The notes beneath the pieces are model-generated. The model made no database searches. It was given only the letters and a program-made list of their open reading frames with translations, and had not been told where the DNA came from. Below, piece by piece: positions 35,119-47,274 of a stretch of 64,000 nucleotides of DNA (its first letter is position 1; every line of letters starts with the position of its first letter). The stretch covers positions 135,906,001 to 135,970,000 of the forward strand of contig NC_086097.1 of NCBI RefSeq assembly GCF_963921235.1, read 5' to 3'. A program made the position numbers and the translations under genes. Origin of the DNA: Mobula hypostoma. Taxonomy: Eukaryota.

Positions 35119-36490
35119 GCAACACACAGCAAAGTTGCTGGTGAACGCAGCAGGCCAGGCAGCATCTCTAGGAAGAGGTACAGTCGACGTTTCAGGCCGA
35201 GACCCTTTGTCAGGACTAACTGAAGGAAGAGTTAGTAAGAGATTTGAAAGTTGGAGGGGGACGGGGAGATCCAAAATGTTAGGAGAAGACAGGAGGGGGA
35301 GGGATGGAGCCAAGAGCTGGACAGGTGATTGGCAAAAGGGATACGAGAGGATCATGGGACAGGAGGTCCAGGAAGAAAGACAAGGGGGGGGGAACCCAGA
35401 GGATGGGCAAGGGGTATATTCAGAGGGACAGAGGGAGAAAAAGGAGAGTGAGAGAAAGAATGTGTGTATAAAAATAAATAACGGATGGGGTACGAGGGGG
35501 AGGTGGGGCATTAGCAGAAGTTAGAGAAGTCGATGTTCATGCCATCAGGTTGGAGGCTACCCAGACGGAATATAAGGTGTTGTTCCTCCAACCTGAGTGT
35601 GGCTTCATCTTTACAGTAGAGGAGGCCGTGGATAGACATGTCAGAATGGGAATGGGATATGGAATTAAAATGTGTGGCCACTGGGAGATCCTGCTTTCTC
35701 TGGTGGACAGAGCGTAGGTGTTCAGCAAAGCGGTCTCCCAGTCTGCGTCGGGTCTCACCAATATATAAAAGGCCACATCGGGAGCACCGGACGCAGTATA
35801 TCACCCCAGCCGACTCACAGGTGAAGTGTCGCCTCACCTGGAAGGACTGTTTGGGGCCCTGAATGGTGGTAAGGGAGGAAGTGTAAGGGCATGTGTAGCA
35901 CTTGTTCCGCTTACATGGATAAGTGCCAGGAGGGAGATCAGTGGGGAGGGATGGGGGGGGGGACGAATGGACAAGGGAGTCGCGTAGGGAGCGATCCCTG
36001 CGGAAAGCAGTGGGGGGGAGGGAAAGATGTGCTTAGTGGTGGGATCCCGTTGGAGGTGGCGGAAGTTACGGAGAATAATATGTTGGACCCGGAGGCTGGT
36101 GGGGTGGTAGGTGAGGACCAGGGGAACCCTATTCCTAGTGGGGTGGCGGAAGGATGGAGTGAGAGCAGATGTACGTGAAATGGGGGAGATGCGTTTAAGA
36201 GCAGAGTTGATAGTGGAGGAAGGGAAGCCTCTTTCTTTAAAAAAGGAGGACATCTCCCTCGTCCTAGAATGAAAAGCCTCATCCTGAGAGCAGATGCGGC
36301 GGAGACGGAGGAATTGCGAGAAGGGGATGGCGTTTTTGCAAGAGACAGGGTGAGAAGAGGAATAGTCCAGACAGCTGTGAGAGTCAGTAGGCTTATAGTA
36401 GACATCAGTGGATAAGCTGTCTCCAGAGACAGAGACAGAAAGATCTAGAAAGGGGAGGGAGGTGTCGGAAATGGAGCAGGTAAACTTGAG
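35119..36490 (-). mobile_element. Penelope-like element 3' portion (same family as 28220-30526)
   Basis: ORF 35511-35837 encodes the GIY-YIG domain VIYCVRCSRCGLLYIGETRRRLGDRFAEH. The tail hammerhead at 35181-35217 carries a CUGACAA core change. Confidence 0.9.
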
Positions 36491-37814
36491 TTTAGTGTTG
36501 AGGTGAGTGCAGGTATCCTTACTGGTTCAGGGGCCTAATGGTTGAGGGGTAATAACTGCTTCAGCACCTGGCGCTGTGGGATTAAAGCACCTGTATCTCC
36601 TTCCTAATGGCAGCAGTGAGAAGACGGATGGCCTGGATGGGTCCTTGATAATTGGGTTCTCTTATCCTTGTGTGCACAAATCCAAGGTCACTCCATGTCT
36701 GCCTTGCTCCTGTCAGTAGTAATGTGCAGGAGCCCAACCAAAGCGCTTGCTCTCTCATAGTACACTACTTCTGCAGGGATTGCCCAGTGCACTCTCTGCA
36801 CCTACTAAGGCCATCACTGACTTGAGGTTAGCTTTCGCTATGCTCGGCAACGTTGTCTGACTTTCACTCTGTTGTCTTTCCATAAACTTTGTATTTCAAT
36901 CTTACATAACAGGAGGGCATTTGGCCCATCTTAACCATCTCATCTTAGTCACAGACCAATCCATTCCCCAATCATTTTTCAGGTATCATTTCCTTCCTCT
37001 CAGATTCCACCCCTCAGCTATACGCCAGGAGAAATCTACCCACCAATCCGCACGTCTTTGGCATGTGGGTGAAAAGGTGACCTCCACGTGGACAGCAGCA
37101 GAGGTCAGGATTGAACCTAAGTTGCAGGGGCTCTGGCAGATGTGCCACTATACTGCCCTGTCATTAGGGTCTCCAGTTTGTCTGAAAATCCTTAGAATAA
37201 CTGTCCGTTCAAAGCCCATCCTTCATGTACTTAGCATCGATTTCTGTCATGTGCACATGTTCAATCCTACCTGATATTAAGATAATAATTCACAAGACAG
37301 ACAGAGTGCTAAAACCTTGTTCATTTCTTTCTCTGTCATGTAAATACACAGACATGACATACAGTACATTGTCATTTAATATTGGGCGGATGGCCTTGGA
37401 GAGACATGAGAGAGTTAACAGCAACACAGAATGGATTGGTTGAATAGCCTGCCTCTTCACTGTCGTCCCAGCGTAATTGGAAGGGACGGTGTATGGGAAA
37501 ATGTAGGAGTTTGTTTCAAATTAAAGTCAGTCCAGTCTGTGTGTACAACGGGAGGCTGGCTCAGTATCACTTGTCCCTGCTCCACCACCAAAGAGCTGTT
37601 TCACCTCAACTCACATCTGCTTTTGATCTGCTTCCTGGAGAACCCGGAAGACTAAGATGAGTTATAAAAGCCTTTCAGTCCTTGTTAGGTGCAGATCAAA
37701 AGCAGGATCAGGGATATGGGGGTCACTGAACAGGAAAAAATATTAAAACCTGCAGATGAAAAGGAAACGTGCAACTCATAGAAATCCAAATGAAACAGTC
37801 AGCAGAGTACGTGC

Positions 37815-37832
37815 AGAGAGAGAGAGAGAGAG

Positions 37833-37875
<43 letters not shown>

Positions 37876-37892
37876 ATGAGAGAGGGAGAGAG
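37815..37892. repeat. (GA)n(GT)n(GA)n compound microsatellite
   Basis: Directly visible. Confidence 0.9.
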
Positions 37893-38559
37893 ATGCAATA
37901 CTGCATTTTAAGTATTTTTAAAGGCAATAAGGTTACATGAAGGTTTGAAAAATCGGGGTAAGAAAAAGAGTGGAGGGATTTTTGAAGTACCTAGACTTTG
38001 TCCCAGTATCTGCAGGCTATCATGCGGTGCCACCTGTCCTTGTGCTTTTCACCTCCCATGTCTGTGGCCAGCCAGCCTCGTGTCAAGAGTCAACACAAAA
38101 TCTGGCAGCCATCTCCTACTCCCTGCCGAGGGTTTCCGATAACTGGTCCACAGTGGTAACGTCCTCACTGCGTGTCTGTGCACCTTGGGGGCAGCATCTA
38201 TTACCAGCCCAATGTCCCGATGTTCTCTCAGTGAGATGCCTGGGGGCAGGGTTCAGCGGGAAGCTTTAACCCCACCCCTTCAGCTCATAAGAGCTTAGTT
38301 CTGAGAAGCTTGTTGAAGTAACTATGTGCTTACCGGTCCCAGATTTAGGAGACTCCAGCCTAGACTGACCATGCCTGCAGCAAATGTCTAGGTTGTGTTT
38401 ATTGTCATAGGTACAAGTACATGTAAAATGAAAAGCTTGCAGCTGCATCAAAGCCACATGGTATCATATGTGAAGCATTCACAAGGTAAACATAAATTAA
38501 ACTTAAATTATCTGTAGTTGTTACAAGAAAGAGCACAACTAGAACAAAAAAGGACAAAG

Positions 38560-38785
38560 AGAAGAAAATCTGCAGATGCTGGAAATCCAAGCAACGCACA
38601 CAAGACGCCGGAGGAACTCAGCAGGCCAGGCAGCATCTATGGAAAAGAGTAAACAGTCGATGTTTTGGGCCGAGACCCTTCACCAGAACATCAGTCCTGC
38701 TGAAGGGTCGCAGCCCGAATTGTTGACTGTTTACTCTTTTCCATAGATGCTGCGTGGCCTGCTGAGTTCCTCCAGCATTTTGCAT
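38560..38785. mobile_element. Fold-back element made of two Penelope tails in inverted orientation, nested in a Rex1 fragment (about 38390-39430, minus)
   Basis: GGAGGAACTCAGCAGGCCA.GCAGCATCTATGGAAAAGAGTAAACAGTC is the reverse complement of GACTGTTTACTCTTTTCCATAGATGCTGC.TGGCCTGCTGAGTTCCTCC. The centre is near 38690. Confidence 0.8.
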
Positions 38786-39904
38786 TTATCAGAACAAAGT
38801 CCTTTTTAAGGCAAAGTAATCAGACTGTTCAGAGTGTTGCTAGGTTGAGGTGGTGATTAGTGCTATGCAGGTTGGTTCAAGAACTGAATGGTTGAAAGGG
38901 AAGTAACTGTTCCTGAAGCTGGTGGTGAGGGATTTCAAGCTTCTGAGTCCTGAGGGAGGGCCTCAGCCTGAAACATTGATTGCTATTCATTTCTGTAGAT
39001 CCGCGTGACCTGCTGAGTTCCTCCAGCATTTTGTGTGTTGTTGTTCTGTACCACCTAGCTGATAACAACTGTGTGAAGATGACATAGCCCAGATGGTGGG
39101 ACCGTTGATCGTAGATGTTACCTCCTTGAATCAGTGCCTCTCAAAGATACCACTAATGTGGGAAGGGATGTGCTCAAGGTGTATTGGACAGAGTCCAGTT
39201 CTCCCAGCTGCTGCTTCCCATTCTAGTGCATTTGAATTGCTGCACCAGACCATGATGCAACCAGTCAGAATATTTACAACAGTACATTCATAAAAGTTTG
39301 TTTGAGTGTTCAGTGACAAGCTGAGCTTCCTTAACCTTCTAATGAAAGTAAACACTCTGGGGCGCCTCCCTTGTGATTGTGTCAATATGCTGGGCCCAGG
39401 TTAGGTCATCCAATACGTTTGCCCAGGAACACCTCAGATTCTCTGATTCCTGTGTGATGTTACTTCAACTACAAGGACATGAACTCAGCTTGTTGTTCCT
39501 CTGGCCCAGGGAGAATGAACTTGCAATGACAGATATCAGGAGGACTCTGTGACTGTTGGTCTGGATTATCTTGTGTGTCCATATTTTCCTTTGGTCCTCA
39601 CAACCCCTTTGTAATTGGGGCAATTCTGTCAGATTTAACACTTTCTCATTCCCTCATTTTCTAATAAAGCTGATCAAAATTTTCACTTCACTTGAGTCAG
39701 GAGTTCCAGTCTTCTGGCTGCCGTGATAACCAAGGTGGTCATTTAGTACTCCAAAAGCAAATTTTCCAAATGATGGGGTCCACCAGATTCAAATACACTG
39801 GTTTGAACTGGATACAAGTTATAGAGTCCTGGAGCACGTCAAAAAGCCCTCTGGCACACCTTGTCCATGCTGAACATCACATACTATCTATACTACTCCC
39901 ATTG

Positions 39905-41635
39905 GTCCGTCGTCTTGCCTTGCCTTGCGTCCTTAACTCCTGGTGGAGTCATCAGGGTGCCGTCATGTCAAGCTTTGCACCAGTCTGCTTCATCTGTCGC
40001 GGTTGTGTGCCAGAGATTGGGTCATTGCAAATGTTTTCCCTGTCCATCCTTTAATGTTGTCCATCCATCTTTTCCTCTGTCTACCTCTCCTTCTTTCCCC
40101 CTCCACAGTTCCTTGTAGAATGGTCTTTGCAAGGCCACTGGATCTTGTTACGTGGCCGTACCATCTCAGCTTTCTTTTCTTCACCGTTGTGAGAAGGTCT
40201 TCATGGGGGCCAACGTGGTGCTGGATGGTCTTGCGGATCTGCTCGTTTGTGATGTGGTCCAAGTAGGAGATGCCCAAAATGTTGTGACAGCATCTCATTT
40301 CCAATGCCTGTATCTTCCTCTGTGGCTCTGCTGTGAGGGTCCATGTCTCACATGTGTACAGGAAGATGGAGAATACTAATGCACGCAAGAGTCTGATCTT
40401 GTACTTCATGGTGATGTTGCTGTCCCTCCATATTGTCTTGAGTTTGGATAGTGCAGTCATTATATGTGCGGTTCTTGCCAGGACCTATGGTCTTGATCCT
40501 TCATCACTGATGATTGCCCCCATGTATTTGAACTGCTGCACTGTCTCAAGTTTCTGACCATAGACTGAGATGTCTGTTGTGATGTCACAGTTGGCATTTG
40601 CCATGAGTTTGGTTTTCTCGGCACTTATTTCCATTCCAAACGTTGTGGAGGCTCTGTTAAGATGGCTGACCAGGTTGGCCAGTTCGTCCTCTTGTCCTGC
40701 AAGTCCATCAATGTCGTCAGCAAATCTTAGGTTTGTGATGTTCCTCCCTCCGATGCTGACTGTGCCCACATGATCTTCAAGTAAACACTCATGATTTGTT
40801 CCAGGAAGACATTGAAGAGAGTCAGGGAGAGGAGGCAGCCCTGACGGACTCCTACAGAGACATGGAACCACTGGTGCCCTGAGCGAGCACTGCACTGGTT
40901 GCCTTGGCGTAAAGCTGGTGGATTGTATGAATCAGCTTATGCCCCATGTTGAATTTCTTCATGGTGGCCAAAAGGCATCATGCCAAACTCTGTCAAATGC
41001 CTTCTTGAAGTCTATGAAGACATGGTAGAACTCTCTCTGGTGCTGGAGGTGTTTCTCACAGAGGGGGTGGAGGTTAGAAATCTGCTCAGTGGTGCTTTTG
41101 CCCTTATGGCAGCCTGCTTGTTCCTCGACAATGATGTCTTCTGCCTGAGGTCTCAGTCTGTTCAAGATGATTCTGAGCATTACCTTGCTTACATGGCTGA
41201 TCAAACTGATGGCACGGTAATTCTGGCAAAGTTGGAGATTGCCTTTCTTGGGAAACGACTGAGTCCAAGGTGTCAGTCATTCACCTGTTTGCCAGACCTT
41301 ATTGTAGATGGTGGTAAGCGTGTCTATCGTGGCTTCTCCTCCATGCTTCAGCAGTTCAGCAGGGATGTTGTCAACTCCTGCTGACTTCCTGCACTTCAGT
41401 GATCATATTGCGGCTTCAACATCGTCAGGCGTGATTGGATAGTCATCCTCATTGGAAGATTCCTGTACATTCAGCATGCTTGGATTCCCTTTGCTCTGGT
41501 AGTTGTACAGTTCTGAACAGTACTCTGTCCACCTTTCCATTATTTCCTTTTCTTCTGTGAAACTTTTGACATTTTTGTCTTGGATGGTGTTCACTTTGGC
41601 TTGTTTTTCTTTGGTAAGATCTTTCACCAGTCCAT
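39905..41635 (-). mobile_element. RTE-clade (BovB-like) LINE, 5'-truncated and degenerate
   Basis: ORF pieces RWTEYCSELY, LISHVSKVMLRII...FIDFKKAFDRVWH, NLRFADDIDGLAG and CETWTL...RKLRWYGHVTR...GRQRKRWMDNIK. (GCAAG)n-like tail. Confidence 0.9.
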
Positions 41636-43279
41636 CATCTATATCTTGGCAATTCAAGTGTTGCTGGAATACCTACCTCCATCACCCCCTCAGGCATATT
41701 CCAAGTACTTTCTAGGTCAAAAATAATTCCTCAGATCCCCTCTAAACCTCTTAACTCTTATCCTAAACCTCCGCCATTTTGACACCTATGCCATTTGGAC
41801 TTAAGACACTAAACTTGGATTTGGAGAGGTAAAGTGAATATTTAAACCCTCAAAAGCAAGGCTTGAATAAAATACTGGGGCCTTTCTCGGTCAATCTTTC
41901 TCTCTTGTTCACCAAAGAAAATTCAAACTAGTACGTTTGGGATCTTAACCTGTGATAATTGATACCTAATAGCCACAGTATATTTAGGCGAATACTTTCA
42001 TGTTCCATGTCTATGTCATTATCTACACTGAACCCTTTTACCAGCACTTGGTCCACCATTTGCTAGAGTTTCTGCCTGCACCACCCCCTCAGTCTGTGTG
42101 TTCCAGATTCCAACCACACTCTGGGGGGAAAAGTTAATCCTCAGATTCCCACTAAGTTTATTACCCCTTATCTTAAAACTATACCCTCTAGTTTTAGACA
42201 TAACCCTTTTGCTATAACCCTGAGTGAAATTACTGCCAGATTGAAACATTATAGTGCAGTATTCATAACCAAACTGTTCAAATAGAAGTTTTCTTCCTTG
42301 TATTCATGGTCCAATGCCGATTAGAACTTTTTAATGGACTGATTTATATAATTAACTCACCCATCTGTGTGTATAAATGCATCTGAAGTCCATCAGTATG
42401 CTCTTTAACAGTTACAAGGAAAGTAGACATCTGTATGTACTAGTGAGTCTGAAATTCATTAGTTACATCGTTACAACATTCTGCTAACAATATGCCTTGC
42501 CCTATATGTGAACTGGATGTGTATTCCTATGAAACTATGAAATCTACTTGAAAAATCTTTCAGAACTTGTATTTACAATAAGCTTGACTTTCTGAAGCTG
42601 GATATCCGTGAGCCTGAAAGCCATTAGTAAGGTCTTTGTAATCTCGGCAGTACAACGGACCCGTCTACCTACCACTGCCTGTCTGTCTGAAATACAAACT
42701 CACAGCAGCTGTAATAATCTGGCAAGAAGAACAACGCTGGTTAATTTTGACTAGTTCAATGAAGGATGGAGAATTCAGAACAAGAGATGGGCAAAATACC
42801 CTGTCGGTGCCATAGGTAAGGTCATTGAATTTATGGTGACACCTGCTGGGATTTTGTTGGACTTTGTGTGTTCATCTTCCCACCTGTGAAGGCACAGTGG
42901 GTACTCCTCCAGAGATCTGGATTCTAACCTGACCTCTGGTGCTGTGTAGAGTTTGTACGTTCTCCTTATCAACACGTTGTTTCCTTCATGGGATTCAAGC
43001 TCCCCACGTCCCTAATACCTGGCAATTGTTAAGTTAACTGACGGCTTTAAATTACCCCCAGTGTAGATGTAAGAATCAGGAGCAGTGCGAGTGAGAGAGA
43101 GGATAGTTACAGGGGAGTGTGGGGAAAGAGGATTAAACTACCTTACTCTGAGGGCCAACAGAGGATCAATGGGCTGAGCAGCGATTTTCTGTCCTCTGAG
43201 AAGCGCTGCACAGCAATGGCACTCTCCAAATAGTTCCATTCCAATATCAGAGAATGTATACACTATACAACCTGAAATT

Positions 43280-43863
43280 ATAGACAATGGACAATAGGAT
43301 CAGGAGTAGGCCATTCAGCCCTTTGAGCCAGCACCGCCATTCACTGTGATCATGGCTGATCATCCACAATCAGTACCCTTTTCCTGCCTTCTCCCCATAT
43401 CCCTTCAATCCGCTATCTTTAAGAGCTCTATCTAACTCTTTTTTGAAAGCATCCAGAGAATTGGCCTCCACTACCTTCTGAGGCAGAGCATTCCACAGAT
43501 CCACAACCCTCTGGGTGAAAAAGTTTTTTCTCAACTCCGTTCTAAATTGTCTACCCCTTATTCTTAAACTGTGGCCTCTGGTTCTGGACTCCCCCAACAT
43601 CGGGTACATGTTTCCTGCCTCTAGTGTGTCCAATCCCTTAATAATCTTATATGTTTCAATCAGATCCCCTCTCATCCTTCTAAATTCCAGTGTATACAAG
43701 CCCGGTCGCTCCAATCTTTCAACCTATGACAGTCACGCCATCCTGGGAATTAACCTTGTGAACCTGCACTGCACTCCCTCAATAGCTAGAATGTCCTTCC
43801 TCAAATTTGGAGACCAAAACTGTACACAATACTCCAGGTGTGGTCTCACCAGGGCCCTGTACA
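43280..43863 (-). mobile_element. Young CR1 3' end
   Basis: ORF 43370-43714 GLYTLEFRRMRGDLIETYKIIKGLD...TRGHSLRIRG...FFTQRVVDLWNALP, with a 3'UTR similar to the element at 23185. Confidence 0.9.
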
Positions 43864-45832
43864 AAAATTCTTACACTTTGCAGACTTCCATGAAACAGAA
43901 GAGAACCCCCAAAAAATGAATGATAGAAAAATAGAACCCCAAAACCCCCCCTCTCCCTTCCCATGCACAAGCAGCAGCAAAACATCAACCTCCCCTCCCC
44001 CCTCCTTCCCACCCATTTCAGCAGGAAGTGTCAGCACCCACTGTTCACCAAGCAACAGCCTCAAAAGAGAGACCATGATCTGCAGTCAGCAAAAACTGTT
44101 GTTTACCCGACAGTCTGCCAGGCCATAGGCTCTCTCTGTCACTAACAAGGGACAGAGAGGTGTCGCCCGTATCACAGTGAAAGGGGAGAGCCACAAACCA
44201 TCGCTGTTACGATGTTACAGTTTGCCGTGTTGGTTTTTTGTTCCCAGATTCTCCGACTTGAGAATCAGCAGCAAATTATCCTTAACATTGAGAGAGAGAG
44301 AGAGCAATCAGTCGAGTGTACAGGGATTTCCATAAGCTGCATCCACTGCCACAGAATTCCCATGTTCCTTCTCCCACAATGCCTCAGTTGGTGACACTAG
44401 CATGGAATCGGTTGTCCACAGGGCCCGGAGTCCCAGAGGTGTACATCTCCCAGGCCGGATCTCATAACAAATCCATAGGAATGGCTAAGGGCACCAATGA
44501 ACATAATATCAAAAGGGTAACTTCACTGATGTTCACCCGACACACTAGATAACTGACTCTTCAAATAACACCTAATTGGTAATTGGTTTACTATTCCTAC
44601 ATGTATCAAGGTACAGTGAAAAGCTTTTGTTTGTTTGTCAGACAGACAAATTATTCCATACACAAGTTTATCGAGGCAAAAGGAAGAACAGTCGCAGAAA
44701 CAATAATGTAAGAGTTACAGAGAAAATGCACTGCCCGTAGAAAATGAAAGGACCGTGATAATCTCGAATGAGAAATCAGGAATTCTTTTCCATATATGGG
44801 TATGCTCAGAAGTCCTGTAGCAGTGGGATTGCCGTTGAGTTGGGTGGTGCAAGTTCTCAAGCTTTGCAATGGGAGGGGTGAGAAGAGGGAAAGACTGGGG
44901 TAGGGGGAGTCCTTGATTATGTTGACTGTTTTCCCAAGTAAAGTGTTGATGGAGTCAATGGAGGTGCGTCTAGTTTGTATGGCTGCATTCACAACTTTTT
45001 GTAATTTCTTGCGGTCTAGGCAGAGTTGCCACAGAAAGGTGAAGCCAGAAGCAAAAACATGGCAGAAGGAACACCCTCATCCAGTCTTGTGCACAGTTCT
45101 GCTGTCTTATCTAAAAAAAAGATACCCTTGTGTTTGAGGTAGTGTAGTGGAACTTCGTCAGGCTGCTGGTTTTGTCTTATGAGGTGGGACTGAGCAGGTT
45201 TAGCCTGGGCCTGTGCTCGGTGGAATTTAGTAGAATGAGTGGTGATATCCTTCAAATGGAAGATTCTTACCGGGCTTAACATGGTAGAGGAAATGGGTGA
45301 TATTTCCCCTGGCTTGGGTGTCTGGAATCAGGGTCACAGATTTGAAACAAGAAATTGGCCATTCAAAAGCTGTGATGAGAAGCAACTTATTCAGCCAGTG
45401 AATGGAGAATCCACAGAACTCTCTTCCCAAAGTCTGTGGAAACTCCCTCACTGGGTGTGTTCAAGACAGAGATCAGTGGGCTTTTGGAGTTTAAGGAGTC
45501 TAGTGATGTAGAGCAGGAAAGTGGTACTGAAGTGAAAATCAGCTGTGATCTTGCTGAATGGTGGGACAGTCATGAGGGGCCAAATGGCCTAATCCTGTCC
45601 CACTTTTCCCACATCCCCCACCTTAAATTATTCAAATTCAAGTTTAGAATCTTTCTTTTATATTATCCTGTTGTGCAGTGTACGAGATTCATAGAATCAA
45701 GAGGCACAGAAACAACCCCTCCATCCTAACTCGTACATGTCCACAAAGATGCCTATCTAAGATAACCTGCTTTTGGTCCATATGTCTCCAAACCTTTCCT
45801 ATTCATGCATCTGTCCAAATATCGTCTGGACC

Positions 45833-46393
45833 TGTTGTGGATGAAATCACTGGAGGGACAGAGTCACTGGTAGATACAAAGCAGCTTCTTCATTCGACAC
45901 AAGGTACAGCAGGCATCATACGGACGGAGACGCTTTCGGTAGAAAGGTCTGCTAGCCCAATGTGGGCTCAATATTTATTTGCTAAACACAAAAGGCAAAC
46001 GCTACTTAAAAAGTTATAGACAATGCATAGACAATGCTTCCTTTTGAAGCTACATACAAAACATCACACCTTCTGACTTCATCCTTTCCTCCTGATGCCA
46101 ACATATCTGGGTTGGTACTCACAGCCTTTAGGAGTACAAGTCAAATCCGCAATACATTTATTTGGCATTTTATGTGCTAACATAGAGGACAATTAATATT
46201 ATAGAATATAGCTAATACCGTCTTCAAAACTACAGCATCTGGTCAAACTAAGACGTCAGCAGCAACTGGTATACACAGCTTTTAGGAAATGCATTGTTGT
46301 GAACTCAATCCACAGTACTTTGTCAAACAGAAGACTGGTGGCCAGAATCATTTAAGTGTAAATGAATCATCTACCCAAAAACTCCCTCTAACA
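45833..46393 (-). mobile_element. Solo LTR inserted in a CR1 fragment (about 45690-46870)
   Basis: TGTT...AACA termini and perfect 5-bp TSD GGACC (45828-45832 and 46394-46398). Strand is tentative. Confidence 0.8.
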
Positions 46394-47274
46394 GGACCCA
46401 CCACAACCACTTCCTCTGGCAGATTCTATATACCCACCATTCTCTGGGTGACAAGCATCCCCTGAAGGTCCTTTTAAAATTTTCCCCTTTCATCTTAAAC
46501 CCATGCCCTTTAATTTTAGATTTGATACCGTGGAAAAAAACCTGTCACCACCCTCCTTTTCATAGTCTCTCATATTTTTTAAACCTCTACATTGATACCC
46601 CTCAGCCTCCCTTGCTCCATAGAAAGCAGTCCCATGCTACCCAGTCTCCCCTGGTAACTCAAGCTCTCCAGTCCCAACAACATTCCTGTAAATGTTTCCT
46701 GCACCCCCTCTAGTTTAATGACATTCTTCCAAAAATACAGTCACCACTTCCCAAGTGGCACTCAACCAATGATATGACATCCCAACATTTCTGGTCAATT
46801 CCTTGGCAGACGAACAGAAGCAAATTATATACCTTCTTCACCACTTCGGCATATGAGTCACCCCTTTCAGGGAATTATATGTTGATAAGATTTGAATTTA
46901 TTTTATTTAACCTTGCTTTTTGATATTATCATGATCCATCCCAGTTATACAAATTGCGTTAGTTTCTGGAATTTGAACTTTAACTCCAGAGTAGTTAGTT
47001 ACCAAACCATCACTATTGGAACTGTGCCTTTATTTCCTCTTAGTTCTATTACTCAGAATCCTGATGCAAGTTCTAACCCCTAAAGATAATAATTATGCTC
47101 TTTATCACTACAATAATGTCCCCTTATTTACAAGAAATTGCAAGAAATCAAACTTTAAGTTACCATTCTTCTTGTTGCAAGGGAAAATGTCAAAAGAAGT
47201 TTGAGCAGGAAGAGAAGGTTAGGATTTGTATAAGGTCTTTCAGGGCTAGGGGATTTCAGCTCTGGGACTCTGTA

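Noticed and set aside
38178..38240. CTCF-like GGGGGCAG motifs
   Set aside because: Several mismatches in the 5' core, so not supportable from sequence alone.
39931..39957. Minus-strand CUGAUGA followed by a CUCC/GGAG hairpin, resembling a hammerhead half
   Set aside because: No GAAA follows the stem (UUAA instead). It is better explained as the RTE 3'-end stem-loop.
42361..42686. Possible minus-strand exon (TTTGTATTTCAG acceptor, GTGAGT donor)
   Set aside because: Stops in all frames, no recognisable protein, and such signals occur by chance.
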